Origin: an uncultured Acidimicrobiia bacterium
GTDB taxonomy: Bacteria; Actinomycetota; Acidimicrobiia; Spongiisociales; JAENVV01
Assembly (NCBI GenBank): GCA_963698385.1
Contig: CAVOQP010000006.1
Location: 17,097 to 81,096 of the forward strand
Reading direction: 5' to 3'
DNA: 64,000 bases
This document shows positions 39,910 to 49,284 of the stretch, piece after piece (within the stretch, counting starts at the first letter, position 1; every line of letters starts with the position of its first letter). Position numbers and translations under genes: made by a program. The notes beneath the pieces are model-generated. The model was given only the letters and a program-made list of their open reading frames with translations, ran no database searches and had not been told where the DNA came from.

Positions 39910-41181
39910 ATGCGCCAGATCGTTGTCGCCTTCGCCGTCCTTTGTGCAGCGTGCACCGCAGCGCCCGCAGTGACCACCACGACGGCTCCTCCGGCGCTGA
40001 CCACCGCTCCCGCGACCACGATCGCCGCAACGACCACCACCGTGGTTGCCCGCGCGGGGGACCCCCTGCTCGAGCAAGTCCGGGAGCTGATGTCGGTCAC
40101 AGAGGAGCTGCGAGGCCTCTACTTCCTGGAGGACCCAACGGTCATCCTCATCACCCCTGACGAGCTTGCCGCTCGCCTGCGCGACGACATCGCGAAGGAG
40201 TTCGAGCCCGACGACCTCGCCCGCGCCCAGGAGGTGCTGCGGATACTCGGGGTTCTCGAGGGTGACCTCGACCTTGGGACCTTCTACACCGACCTCCTGG
40301 CCGAGGTGGTGGTGGGCTACTACGACTCGGAGGCGCGGGAGATGGTGGTCGCCGTCGAGCCGGACGGACTCACCGAATACGACAAGCTGAGCATCGTCCA
40401 CGAACTCACCCACGCCCTCACCGACCAGCACTTCGACTTCGGCCCGTACTCCTTGGACCTGATGGACGACGAGAAGTACGACGCCGATGCGGCGTTCTCG
40501 GGGCTCATCGAGGGGGACGGGCTCTACGTGGAGGGGCTCTACATCCAGTCCCTGTCACAAGAGGCGCTCCTCGAGATCCTCGCATCGTTCGAGGCGATCG
40601 AGTCCCCGGTGTTCGGCTTGGCTCCGTACTTCCTCCAGGAGAGCCTCGTGGCCCACTACACCGAGGGTCTCGGCTTCGTGACCGGTCAGTACGGCACCGG
40701 AGGATGGTCAGCGGTGGACCTTGCCTATCGGATCCCGCCGGCCACCACCGAGCAGCTCCTTCACCCCGAGGCGTACCTGCGGGGTGAACCGGCGAGGGTG
40801 GTCGAATTCGCCGGGACGGTGCCCGAGTCCTACACGGTGGGAGAGGAGTCGACCTGGGGCGAGTTGGGCCTCCGGAGCTTGCTCGGTGCAGTACTCCTCC
40901 CGGTTCCCCTGCGGGAGTCCGTCGAAGGGTGGGGTGGAGACGTGTACCGCGTCTGGTGGGACGGGATGCAGGCCATCTTCCAAATGCACTACGTCGGCGA
41001 CACATCCGCCGACTCCGACGAGTTCGCCGCGGGCTTCGCCGCCTACCTCGAGGCCACGGTCCCGGCCGACGCCCGCTGGTGGATTCTCCGCGACGGCGAT
41101 GAAGTGGTGGTCGTCGTCTCGAGCGACCCCGGCGACGGCACGTCGCTCGTCAAGAGCCTCAAAGCCGGGGGGTATCGGTAG
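39910..41181 (+). CDS. Lipoprotein with HExxH zinc-metallopeptidase-like motif
   Basis: LCAAC lipobox, Thr-rich linker, GYYD, VHELTHALTDQHF, LIEGDG, PATTEQLLHPEAY, GWGGD. Confidence 0.78.
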   Translation: MRQIVVAFAVLCAACTAAPAVTTTTAPPALTTAPATTIAATTTTVVARAGDPLLEQVRELMSVTEELRGLYFLEDPTVILITPDELAARLRDDIAKEFEPDDLARAQEVLRILGVLEGDLDLGTFYTDLLAEVVVGYYDSEAREMVVAVEPDGLTEYDKLSIVHELTHALTDQHFDFGPYSLDLMDDEKYDADAAFSGLIEGDGLYVEGLYIQSLSQEALLEILASFEAIESPVFGLAPYFLQESLVAHYTEGLGFVTGQYGTGGWSAVDLAYRIPPATTEQLLHPEAYLRGEPARVVEFAGTVPESYTVGEESTWGELGLRSLLGAVLLPVPLRESVEGWGGDVYRVWWDGMQAIFQMHYVGDTSADSDEFAAGFAAYLEATVPADARWWILRDGDEVVVVVSSDPGDGTSLVKSLKAGGYR

Positions 41182-41186
41182 GTCTG

Positions 41187-41262
41187 GGCACGAGCTCGAG
41201 CAAGGCCGCACGAGCACGACGGCACGGGCACGAGCCCGAGCCCGAGCAAGGCGGCACGAGCA
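41187..41262 (+). repeat. Degenerate hexamer array (GCACGA/GCTCGA/GCCCGA/GCACGG)
   Basis: Starts a few nt after the stop at 41181, in a convergent gap. Confidence 0.75.
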
Positions 41263-41275
41263 AGGGCTGGGAGCC

Positions 41276-41605
41276 TCACGAGGTTCCGTCGGGTTCTGCC
41301 TGGTGGGCTGTGAGGCGGGAGCCGGGTGGGGGGAGGTCTCGTTCGGTCGGGACCTCAAGGATCCATGTGACGGCGGGCCATTGGACGACCCTCCATGGTC
41401 GGACGGTTGCGGTGCGGACGACCAATCCGGATCGGCCCAGCCCCACCAAGCCGATGACGTCGTGCATGCCGACCGTGTGGACGGAGCGGCTGCGGATCAG
41501 GAGACCGTGACCCGGGTTCCGGATGAGGCCGATGAGCCGCTGCCGAAAGGTGGTCGCCACCTCCACCGGGCCGGACCGCCATTCGTCGCAGCTGAACTCG
41601 ATCAC
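41276..41605 (-). CDS. DUF192 family protein
   Basis: VEVA.TF..RL.GL, SVHTVGM, ILEVP. Confidence 0.75.
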   Translation of the reverse strand: MIEFSCDEWRSGPVEVATTFRQRLIGLIRNPGHGLLIRSRSVHTVGMHDVIGLVGLGRSGLVVRTATVRPWRVVQWPAVTWILEVPTERDLPPPGSRLTAHQAEPDGTS

Positions 41606-41651
41606 CCGGGTACCGTACGCCGGTTGGATGCTGCCGGGAAGCCCCTTGCGC

Positions 41652-41808
41652 GTCTGTCCCCTACGAAGCGGGGGAAGGTCCCTGGTGCCGAGCGAAGCCA
41701 GGTGGGAGGTGGGAAGCGGTGCGTGCCGGCAATGGGTCGAGACTCCGCTACAACTTACAGGCCCCTACCCCGCATGGGTCGCCTTCGGCGACGATGCGGG
41801 GGACAGAC
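41652..41808. repeat. REP/MITE-like palindromic element
   Basis: 10-bp terminal IR GTCTGTCCCC/GGGGACAGAC; internal GCGAAGC and GTCGCC-TTC-GGCGAC hairpins; 16-nt direct repeat at 41787-41802 and 41815-41830. Confidence 0.5.
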
Positions 41809-41878
41809 TGGGGTGGCGACGATGCGGGGGCCCTGGCTGACGCTGACGCCGACGCTGGCTCCCCCGTATCCTCCCCCC

Positions 41879-42718
41879 ATGGCTGGCACCCTCATTCTCT
41901 GCGCCACCCCGATCGGGAATCTCGGGGATGCCCCACCTCGGCTGGGGGAAGCTCTCGCGTCGGCCGATGTGGTGTTCGCGGAGGACACGCGTCGCACCAT
42001 GAAGCTGTTGGGCTCCTTGGGTGTCGAGGCGATTCTGCGCAGCTACTTCGTCGGGAACGAGCACGAGCGGGCCGAGGAGCTGGGCCAACGACTCGCGGCT
42101 GGGGAGACGGTGGCGCTCGTCACCGACGCCGGAACCCCCGCGGTAGCCGACCCTGGGCTGACCGCGGTGCGGGTGGCACGGTCGGTTGGGGCCACCATCA
42201 CCGCCATCCCGGGACCGTCGGCCGTCACCATGGCGGTTGCGGTATCCGGCTTCGGCGGGGACCGCTTCGTCTTCGACGGTTTCCTGCCCCGCAAGGGCCA
42301 GGAGCGAACCCGGCGGGTCGAGGAGTTGGTGGCCGAGGGCCGGACCGTGGTCTTCTTCACCACGGGGCCACGCCTCGTCAAGGATCTCTCGGAACTGGCT
42401 TCACTGGCCGACGGCGACCGGGAGGTCGTGGTGGCGAGGGAGCTGACGAAGGTGTTCGAGGAGATCTGGCTTGGGCGCCTCGCCGAGGCACCGGCACACT
42501 GGTCGGCCGCGGCTCGCAAGGGTGAGTTCACCGTTGTTCTTGCGGGCGCGGTCCCGGCCCGGCACGGCGACGAAGAGGCGATCGAGGAGGTCGTCCGGAG
42601 AGCCCAGGGAGGTGAGCGACTCAGCGACGCCGCCAAGGCCGTTGCCGCAACGACCAGGTTGTCCCGCTCCGAGCTCTATTCGTTGGCACTCGGCCGGATC
42701 TCGGCCGGGCAGGACTGA
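41879..42718 (+). CDS. rsmI: 16S rRNA C1402 2'-O-methyltransferase
   Basis: ATPIGNLGD, AEDTR, DAGTP..DPG, PGPSA, RELTK.FEE, KGEF. Confidence 0.95.
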   Translation: MAGTLILCATPIGNLGDAPPRLGEALASADVVFAEDTRRTMKLLGSLGVEAILRSYFVGNEHERAEELGQRLAAGETVALVTDAGTPAVADPGLTAVRVARSVGATITAIPGPSAVTMAVAVSGFGGDRFVFDGFLPRKGQERTRRVEELVAEGRTVVFFTTGPRLVKDLSELASLADGDREVVVARELTKVFEEIWLGRLAEAPAHWSAAARKGEFTVVLAGAVPARHGDEEAIEEVVRRAQGGERLSDAAKAVAATTRLSRSELYSLALGRISAGQD

Positions 42719-42992
42719 CACAGTCCGGAGCCGCAGAAGGAGTCAACGTCCTCCGTCGACCCACAGAAGGCGGAGGTCGAGACCAGCCTTCAGAAGGAGG
42801 GTCGCCCCGCGGTCAACGGTCAGCAAGAGCGATCGCGATCGACGATGCCGAACAGGCATCGGAGTGCCGCGGGGAGGACGATCCGTCCATTGGTCGGGTG
42901 ATCCCGATTCCATGGCCGGCTCCCGTGTTGCGAAGACGTCACGGTTGTGACGCCCGGTGAGCACGGCCAACGACACCGGTACGCTCCTTGGC

Positions 42993-43739
42993 ATGTGGGT
43001 GGATACGCACTGTCATCTCCAACTCGCCGAGCATGCGACACCCGCAGAGCTCCTGGCTCGAGCGAGCGCCGTCGACTGGCTCGTGGTCCCGGGCATCGAT
43101 CTCGCCTCATCCATCGCTTCCATCGACCTCGCCGCCGACGCCGATGGGCGCCTGCTCCCGGCCGCCGGCCTCCACCCCCACGACGCGGAGCATTGGCCGG
43201 AGCAGGGAGACGCCATCGCATCGCTCATGGGTCGGGTGGCGGCCGTGGGGGAGACCGGGCTGGACTTCTACCGTGACCTCTCGCCCCGGGAGGACCAGCG
43301 CGCCTCCTTCCAGGACCACATCGACCTCGCCATGACCCATGATCTACCCCTGATCGTCCACTGCCGGGATGCGTTCGCCGACGTGTTCGAGATGCTGGAG
43401 ACGAGCGGAGCCGGAGCGCGATCGGTGCTCCACTGCTGGACCGGAGGGCCTCGCTGGACGAAACGATTCCTCGATCTCGACGTCACGTTCTCCTTCGCCG
43501 GGCCTGTGGCATTCGAAACCGGCGACACGGTGCGCCGGGCGGCGGCGATCGTGCCACCCGAGCGGTGCCTCGTCGAGACCGACACCCCGTACCTGTCCCC
43601 AGAGCCGTTTCGGGCCGAACCGAACGAGCCGGCTCGGGTGGCACTGGTGGGTGCGGCCCTGGCAAGGGTATGGGGAGTGCCGGTGGAAGGAGTGGCTGCG
43701 ACCACCTCCGAGAACGCGCGACGAGTGTTCCGTCGATGA
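42993..43739 (+). CDS. tatD: TatD family hydrolase
   Basis: DTHCHL, GLHPH, VGETGLD, HCRDA, ETDTPYL. Confidence 0.94.
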   Translation: MWVDTHCHLQLAEHATPAELLARASAVDWLVVPGIDLASSIASIDLAADADGRLLPAAGLHPHDAEHWPEQGDAIASLMGRVAAVGETGLDFYRDLSPREDQRASFQDHIDLAMTHDLPLIVHCRDAFADVFEMLETSGAGARSVLHCWTGGPRWTKRFLDLDVTFSFAGPVAFETGDTVRRAAAIVPPERCLVETDTPYLSPEPFRAEPNEPARVALVGAALARVWGVPVEGVAATTSENARRVFRR

Positions 43740-44548
43740 GCGCTCCCCAGACCCGGTCGACGATCAAGTCCCTCCTCGAGCGCCACGACCTCCGACCTCG
43801 CAAATCCCTCGGCCAACACTTCCTCGCAGACCCCAACATCGTCGCCAAGATCGTTCGGATCGCCGAGGTCGGGCCGGGTGACCTGGCCGTCGAGATCGGG
43901 CCGGGAACCGGGACTCTCACCGTCGGCCTGGCCGCCACCGGCGCCGACGTGGTGGCCATCGAGGTGGACGATGGCTTGCGCGGACTTCTCGATGAGGTCG
44001 CAGGCCACCTCCCCAATGTGGACCTCCGCTTCGAAGATGCCACCGATGTCGACTTCGCTCGGGCGTTCGATCGTCCGTGGGTGCTGGTCGCCAACCTCCC
44101 GTACAACGTGGGAACGCCGCTCGTGCTCGACATCCTCCGCAAGGCGCCGCTGTGTGGGAGGCTCGTCGTGATGGTCCAGCGAGAGGTCGCTGAGCGACTC
44201 GTGGCCTCACCGGGTGGCAAGGACTACGGGATCCCGTCGGTCGTCGTGGGGCTTACCGCCAAGGTGAGCTCCACCTTCACGGTGCCCGCCCAGGTCTTCG
44301 TACCGCCCCCGAACGTCGGCTCCTCGGTGGTGGTGCTCGACCGAGCGCCGCGCAGCGGCCCGGTTGAAGGCGCGATCCGGCTTGCGGGGGCCGCCTTCGG
44401 GCAGCGGCGGAAGATGGTGCGAGCCTCGCTGCGGTCGGTGATCGACGACCCGATGGCGGCCTGCGAGCGGGCGGGGATCACCCCCACCGCCCGCGCCGAG
44501 GAGTTGTCGGCCGACGACTACCTCCGGCTGGCCGAGGTCGTGGGATGA
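43736..44548 (+). CDS. rsmA: 16S rRNA dimethyladenosine transferase
   Basis: LGQHFL, EIGPGTG, ANLPYNV, MVQREVAER. Confidence 0.95.
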   Translation: MSAPQTRSTIKSLLERHDLRPRKSLGQHFLADPNIVAKIVRIAEVGPGDLAVEIGPGTGTLTVGLAATGADVVAIEVDDGLRGLLDEVAGHLPNVDLRFEDATDVDFARAFDRPWVLVANLPYNVGTPLVLDILRKAPLCGRLVVMVQREVAERLVASPGGKDYGIPSVVVGLTAKVSSTFTVPAQVFVPPPNVGSSVVVLDRAPRSGPVEGAIRLAGAAFGQRRKMVRASLRSVIDDPMAACERAGITPTARAEELSADDYLRLAEVVG

Positions 44549-45438
44549 AGGCGAACGCACCGGCCAAGGTCAATCTCTCCCTTCGGGTCTTCCCGCCGCG
44601 CGAGGATGGATACCACCCGCTCGATTCCCTCGTGCAGGTGATCGGGATCGGCGACACCCTCGAAGCTGAACCATCCGGGGGAGAGGTCGACACCCTCGAG
44701 TTGGTCGATCAGTCGGAACCCGGCCGCGACCGCATTGACGCCGGGCCGACCAACCTGGTCCTTCGGGCGGTGGCAGCGCTGCGCGCCGCCGGGGCGGCCG
44801 TGCCAGCACTCCATTTCCAGCTCCGGAAGGACATCCCGGTGGCTGCCGGCCTCGGAGGCGGGTCCGGCGATGCCGCCGCGGCCCTCGTACTCGCCGCGGC
44901 CCACGCACGAGAAGGGACTGTTCCCGACCTCGAGGCCGTGGCCTCCGTCGTGGGCTCCGACGTCCCCGCCCTCCTACGAGGTGGGACCCTGCGCATGCAG
45001 GGGCGAGGCGACGTGCTCACCGAACTCCCCTTCGCAGGCGGGTACGGACTGCTGCTCTGGGTCCCGGGATTCGGGCTCCCCACGCCCGCGGTCTATCGCC
45101 GGTTCGATGAGATGGGATTCCCGCGGGGCCCCTCGGTGGAAGCGGGCGATGTGCCTTCTTCCCTCCGCAACCATGCCCCGCTCATGAACGACCTCGCTCC
45201 GGCTGCCGAGAGCCTCGATCCACGTATCGCCGATCATCGGCGGGTCCTGTCCCGGCTGTTCGATCGACCGATCCTCCTCTCCGGGAGCGGTACCGGCATG
45301 TTCTGCTTCTTCGACGACCCCGGAGCCGCCCGCGCTGCCGCCCAGGGGGCCATGGGCGCCCTCAACCGCCTCGATCCGATGGCCCGCTTGATCAGCGTCA
45401 CGGAACCCGTGGCCGCCGGAACGGTGCTCTCCACCTGA
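44545..45438 (+). CDS. ispE: 4-diphosphocytidyl-2-C-methyl-D-erythritol kinase
   Basis: APAKVNL, DGYH, IPVAAGLGGGSGDAAA, GSDVP, SGSG. Confidence 0.93.
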   Translation: MKANAPAKVNLSLRVFPPREDGYHPLDSLVQVIGIGDTLEAEPSGGEVDTLELVDQSEPGRDRIDAGPTNLVLRAVAALRAAGAAVPALHFQLRKDIPVAAGLGGGSGDAAAALVLAAAHAREGTVPDLEAVASVVGSDVPALLRGGTLRMQGRGDVLTELPFAGGYGLLLWVPGFGLPTPAVYRRFDEMGFPRGPSVEAGDVPSSLRNHAPLMNDLAPAAESLDPRIADHRRVLSRLFDRPILLSGSGTGMFCFFDDPGAARAAAQGAMGALNRLDPMARLISVTEPVAAGTVLST

Positions 45439-45529
45439 GCGCCAGTGGCCCATCTGGGCCGGGGATCGCCGACGACCCACCGCTCGGTACACTTGCCCCC
45501 GGTCCCCGGACCTGCGAGCCACGGTTCGA

Positions 45530-45604
45530 TGGGGGATGGTGTAACTGGCAGCACGACGGGTTTTGGTCCCGTCAGTACGGGTTCGAGTCCTGTTCCCCCA
45601 GCCA
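45530..45604 (+). tRNA. tRNA-Gln (TTG)
   Basis: TGGGGGA/TCCCCCA acceptor, ACGGG-TTTTGGT-CCCGT anticodon arm, GTTCGAGTC, encoded CCA; usual position before glmU. Confidence 0.95.
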
Positions 45605-45635
45605 GGACCCGGGGCCGCAGCGACATGAGGCGAGG

Positions 45636-47030
45636 ATGGCACGACGAGTAATCGTCCTGGCTGCGGGCCAGGGCACACGGATGCGCTCGAGCAAGCCCAA
45701 GGTGCTCCACGAGGTCGCCGGCCTCTCCATGCTCCAGTGGGTGCTCCGGGCCGTCGAGTCCCTCGCACCCGAGCAGGTGCTCGTGGTGGTCGGGCACGGC
45801 GCAGATGACGTCATCTCGTCCCTCCCGGTCGGGACCGAGGTCTGTCTCCAAGCCGAGCAACGCGGGACCGGGCACGCCGCCGGCCTGGCGATGGACCAAC
45901 TCGAGTGGCAGGCCGACGACACCATCGTGGTCCTCCCGGGTGATACGCCCCTCATCGAAGGGGCGACGTTGGATGCACTCGCCCTCACCCGGGAGCGCAC
46001 GGGCGCCGCCGTGGTCCTTCTCACCGCGCTCGTGGAGGACCCCGCCGGCTACGGGAGGGTCATCCGGGAGGGAACACGGGTCGTGCGCATCGTGGAGGAG
46101 TCCGACGTTGACGACACCGAACGGCAGGTCCGAGAGGTCAACGCCGGCATGTACGCCTTCCGAGCGACCGACCTCGCCGCCGAACTCCCCCGTATCTCGG
46201 ATGACACGGCGCAGGGGGAGTACTACCTTCCCCATGTGGTCGACAACCTCGCCGCCCGTGACGCCGATATCCAAGCCTCTGTCGCCGACGCGAATGAGAT
46301 GGCCGGTGTCAACTCCCATTCCCAACTCTCCGAAGCCGATGCCGAGCGGCGGCGTCGCATCAACCGGGGATTCATGGACAACGGCGTCTGGATGCAGGAT
46401 CCGTCGCGCGTGTACATCGACGCCGACGTCAGCCTCGCCCCCGGGGTGCGCATCCACCCCGGAGTCCACATCGAGGGAGCAAGCTCCATAGGGCCCGACA
46501 CGGAAGTCGGGCCCGACGTGTTCATCAGAGATGCCCACATCGGTGCCGGCGCGAAGATCTGGTACTCGGTGCTCCGTGGTTGCGAGATCGGCGATCGAGC
46601 CGAGGTCGGCCCCTACGCCTCCCTCCGTCCCGGGACGGTGCTCGGCGTTGGCGCCAAGGCCGGTACGTTCGTCGAGACGAAGAACGCTTCGATCGGCCCC
46701 CACTCGAAGGTGCCCCACCTCTCCTACGTCGGCGACGCCGAGATCGGCGAGGGCGTCAACGTCGGCGCCGGAACCGTGACGGTGAACTTCGACGGTGTCG
46801 ACAAGCACGTTACGACCATCGACGATGGGGCGTTCATCGGGTCTGATTCGATGCTCGTCGCCCCGGTCCGGATCGGGAAGAACGCCATGACGGCAGCCGG
46901 TAGTGTGATCACCAACGACGTCGCGGATGGGGCGTTGGCGGTCGAGCGCACCAAGCAGCGCGAGATACCCGGCTTCGGGGATCGACTGGCGAAACGACGG
47001 GCTGAGAAGAAGCAACGGAGGGAGAGTTGA
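45636..47030 (+). CDS. glmU: Bifunctional GlmU
   Basis: LAAGQGTRMRS..PKVLH, GYGR, hexapeptide repeats, HLSYVGDA. Confidence 0.97.
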   Translation: MARRVIVLAAGQGTRMRSSKPKVLHEVAGLSMLQWVLRAVESLAPEQVLVVVGHGADDVISSLPVGTEVCLQAEQRGTGHAAGLAMDQLEWQADDTIVVLPGDTPLIEGATLDALALTRERTGAAVVLLTALVEDPAGYGRVIREGTRVVRIVEESDVDDTERQVREVNAGMYAFRATDLAAELPRISDDTAQGEYYLPHVVDNLAARDADIQASVADANEMAGVNSHSQLSEADAERRRRINRGFMDNGVWMQDPSRVYIDADVSLAPGVRIHPGVHIEGASSIGPDTEVGPDVFIRDAHIGAGAKIWYSVLRGCEIGDRAEVGPYASLRPGTVLGVGAKAGTFVETKNASIGPHSKVPHLSYVGDAEIGEGVNVGAGTVTVNFDGVDKHVTTIDDGAFIGSDSMLVAPVRIGKNAMTAAGSVITNDVADGALAVERTKQREIPGFGDRLAKRRAEKKQRRES

Positions 47031-48001
47031 TGGAGGTCGTCGGACGCAAACGGCTCATGCTGTTCTCGGGCAGCGCCAACGAGACCCTCGCCAACGAGGT
47101 GGCCAGGCTCCTGGGCGTCAAGCTCGGAGGCATGCAGCGCTCGGTCTTCGCCAATGGCGAGATCTACGTCCGGCCGACAGAGAGCGTCCGCGGTGCTGAC
47201 TGTTTCATCATGCAGTCACACACCGACCCCCTCAACTTCCACATCATGGAGCAGTTGGTGGCGATCGACGCCCTGAAGCGGGCGAGTTCTCGCACCGTCA
47301 CGGCGGTCATCCCGTTCTTCGGGTACGCCCGGCAGGACAAGAAGGCGCTGCCCAGGGAGCCGATCACCGCTCGCCTCATGGCCGACCTCCTTCAAACAGC
47401 CGGTGCCGACCGCATGGTCTCGGTCGATCTCCATACGGGCCAGGTCCAGGGCTTCAGCGACAAGCCGTTCGATCACCTGACGGCCCTTCCGATCTTCACC
47501 GATTACCTGACCCAGCAGTTGAGCGGCGATGTCACGGTCGTCTCCCCGGATGCCGGTGGTGTGAAGCGGGCCGAGAAGTTCGCCCGCCACCTCGGCGCTG
47601 AGGTTGCCTTCGTCTACAAGCGGCGGAGCGCCGATGCCCACAACCAATCGGCAGCGCTGGCGGTGGTCGGCGAGGTGGAGGGCCGCCATGCCGTGATCGT
47701 CGACGACATGATCGATACAGCCGGGACCGTGTGCAACGCAGCGTCGATGCTCAAGCTCAAGGGGGCACTCAGTGTCCGGGTCGTCGCCACCCACGGGCTC
47801 TTCTCCCCCCCAGCCGCGGAGCGTCTCGCCGAGTCCGAGGTGGAAGAGGTGCTGGTGACCGACACGCTCCCGATCCGGGACGACGTGCGCAAACTTCCCA
47901 ACCTCACCGTGCTCTCGATCGCCCCGATCGTGGCCGAGGCGCTGGAGGCGATCTTTGCCGACACCTCGGTGAGCCAGATCTTCCTCGGGGAGAATGTGTA
48001 G
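47030..48001 (+). CDS. prs: Ribose-phosphate pyrophosphokinase
   Basis: FANGE, GYARQDKK, DLH, SPDAGG, VDDMIDTAGT. Confidence 0.97.
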   Translation: MEVVGRKRLMLFSGSANETLANEVARLLGVKLGGMQRSVFANGEIYVRPTESVRGADCFIMQSHTDPLNFHIMEQLVAIDALKRASSRTVTAVIPFFGYARQDKKALPREPITARLMADLLQTAGADRMVSVDLHTGQVQGFSDKPFDHLTALPIFTDYLTQQLSGDVTVVSPDAGGVKRAEKFARHLGAEVAFVYKRRSADAHNQSAALAVVGEVEGRHAVIVDDMIDTAGTVCNAASMLKLKGALSVRVVATHGLFSPPAAERLAESEVEEVLVTDTLPIRDDVRKLPNLTVLSIAPIVAEALEAIFADTSVSQIFLGENV

Positions 48002-48002
48002 A

Positions 48003-48035
48003 GGGCACGTGCTCGAGCCCGGGCCCGAGCACGGG
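48003..48035 (+). repeat. Short degenerate GCNCGN hexamer array
   Basis: gggcacgtgctcgagcccgggcccgagcacggg directly after the prs stop. Confidence 0.6.
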
Positions 48036-48053
48036 TAGGACTCGAGGCGAGTC

Positions 48054-48434
48054 CTACCCGAAATGTGAGCGTTCGACGACTGCTCGGGTGATGACCCCTC
48101 CGCCAACCACCTGGGTCTCGTGGCGCGCCTCGACCGTGAAGGTGATACGCCGGCCGTCGACCGACGTGACGACCGCGCTGGCCTTGACCCGATCGCCGAC
48201 TCGGTTGGGCGCTCGGTGGTCGAACTCCACCCGGGTGCCGACCGTTGTCATCCCTTCGGGGAGCAGGCCGGCCACGGCGGCGGTCGTGGCCTCCTCACAG
48301 AGGGCAACCAAGCGGGGGGTGCCGAGCACCTCCACGTCACCCGATCCAAGGGCGGTGGCAAGGTCCGCGTCGACCACGGTGAGCGAGGCTGTACCCGAGG
48401 CACCGAGCAGTCGGGTGTGGTCGGTTTGGGGCAT
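48054..48434 (-). CDS. FlK-like hotdog thioesterase
   Basis: ALGSGD..VLGTP....CEEA, TTVGT...H.AP; TAGCAT 7 nt upstream of ATG. Confidence 0.85.
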   Translation of the reverse strand: MPQTDHTRLLGASGTASLTVVDADLATALGSGDVEVLGTPRLVALCEEATTAAVAGLLPEGMTTVGTRVEFDHRAPNRVGDRVKASAVVTSVDGRRITFTVEARHETQVVGGGVITRAVVERSHFG

Positions 48435-48450
48435 GGCGGTGATGCTATTA

Positions 48451-48524
48451 CGAGCCCGCTGCCCACCCGAGCCCGTGCCTGTGCCTGTCGCTGTGCCCGT
48501 GCGCTCGTGCCCGTGCTCGTGCTC
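48451..48524. repeat. Degenerate hexamer array (GCCCGT/GCTCGT/GCCTGT)
   Basis: About 12 imperfect units in a divergent intergenic gap. Confidence 0.7.
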
Positions 48525-48568
48525 AATGATCACTGATACCCTTGCCGCATCATCGCAAGGAGTGCCGA

Positions 48569-48784
48569 GTGCGCGTTCGAATCGGAGTGAGTGATTCCCC
48601 CCGGGAGATCGAGTTGGACATCGAGGATGTCGACGCGTTCGTCAAGAACGCCGAGAAAGCGATCGGAGCCGGCGATCAAGTGTTGTGGGTGACCGACACC
48701 GAGGATCACAAGGTGGGAATCCCGGCCCGCAGCATCGCCTTCATCGACATCTCCCCGGACTCCAAGCGGTCGGCGGGGTTCTAG
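48569..48784 (+). CDS. DUF3107 family protein
   Basis: VRIGVSDSPREIE...L..TD......IP...IAFI...GF; AAGGAG RBS. Confidence 0.85.
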   Translation: MRVRIGVSDSPREIELDIEDVDAFVKNAEKAIGAGDQVLWVTDTEDHKVGIPARSIAFIDISPDSKRSAGF

Positions 48785-48793
48785 GGCGGGCGC

Positions 48794-48875
48794 ACCTCTA
48801 CCTCTACCTCTACCTCGACGAGGAGCCGGGCGCCAGGACCCTTGCGTAGCGGTAGAAGGAGACGTAGCGGTACAA
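48794..48875. repeat. Hexamer array (ACCTCT)x3 + ACCTCG with a degenerate inverted partner
   Basis: 48794-48817 and cgtagcggtagaaggagacgtagcggtaca at about 48845-48874. Confidence 0.65.
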
Positions 48876-48906
48876 CGAAAGAATCCCCGAGACGGCTCGG
48901 GGATTC
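48874..48906 (-). terminator. Intrinsic terminator of whiB
   Basis: GAATCCCCGAG-acgg-CTCGGGGATTC perfect 11-bp stem followed by TTTCGTT on the minus strand. Confidence 0.75.
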
Positions 48907-48925
48907 CTACGTTGGCGGGTACGTT

Positions 48926-49228
48926 CTAGGCGCGCTGGCGACGTCGCTCGGCCAACCAACGCTTGCGGAGCCGACGACGCTCGTCCTCGGCGTAGCCGCC
49001 CCAGATGCCGGCCTCCTGGTTGGTCTGTAGCGCGTACTGAAGACAGCTCTCCTGGACGGAGCACTGTTCGCACACCACCTTGGCCTCGGCGATGAGCTCG
49101 AGGGCATGCCCCGTGGTCCCCACGGGGAAGAAGAGGGTGGGCTCAGAGTCGCGACAGAGTGCGAGCTCTCTCCAATCTGCGGTGATCGCCGTGTCGGGCG
49201 ATGGGATGGTAAGCACTGTTTTCTCCAA
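48926..49228 (-). CDS. whiB1: WhiB family Fe-S transcription factor (WhiB1/WblE-like)
   Basis: W...A.C..., FFPVGTTG.A, CEQC, C, GIWGG..EDERR; start may be GTG at 49216. Confidence 0.9.
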   Translation of the reverse strand: MEKTVLTIPSPDTAITADWRELALCRDSEPTLFFPVGTTGHALELIAEAKVVCEQCSVQESCLQYALQTNQEAGIWGGYAEDERRRLRKRWLAERRRQRA

Positions 49229-49234
49229 GGAAAT

Positions 49235-49260
49235 GAGCTTGTGAAGTCTATCACAAGCTC
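49235..49260. promoter_or_regulatory. Rex/CRP-type operator palindrome in the whiB leader
   Basis: GAGCTTGTGA-agtcta-TCACAAGCTC; core TTGTGAA-gtct-ATCACAA. Confidence 0.75.
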
Positions 49261-49284
49261 AGACTGCGTGTTGTAACGCCGGTA

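Noticed and set aside
42719..42980. Small ORF or ncRNA between rsmI and tatD, with three CAGAAGG copies (42734, 42764, 42791)
   Set aside because: Irregular spacing, no convincing structure, RBS or protein motif; cannot be supported.
48435..48533. His/Thr-Gly-rich N-terminal extension (HEHEHGHERTGTATG) on the thioesterase
   Set aside because: It is the translation of the hexamer array; a -10 lies just before ATG 48434.
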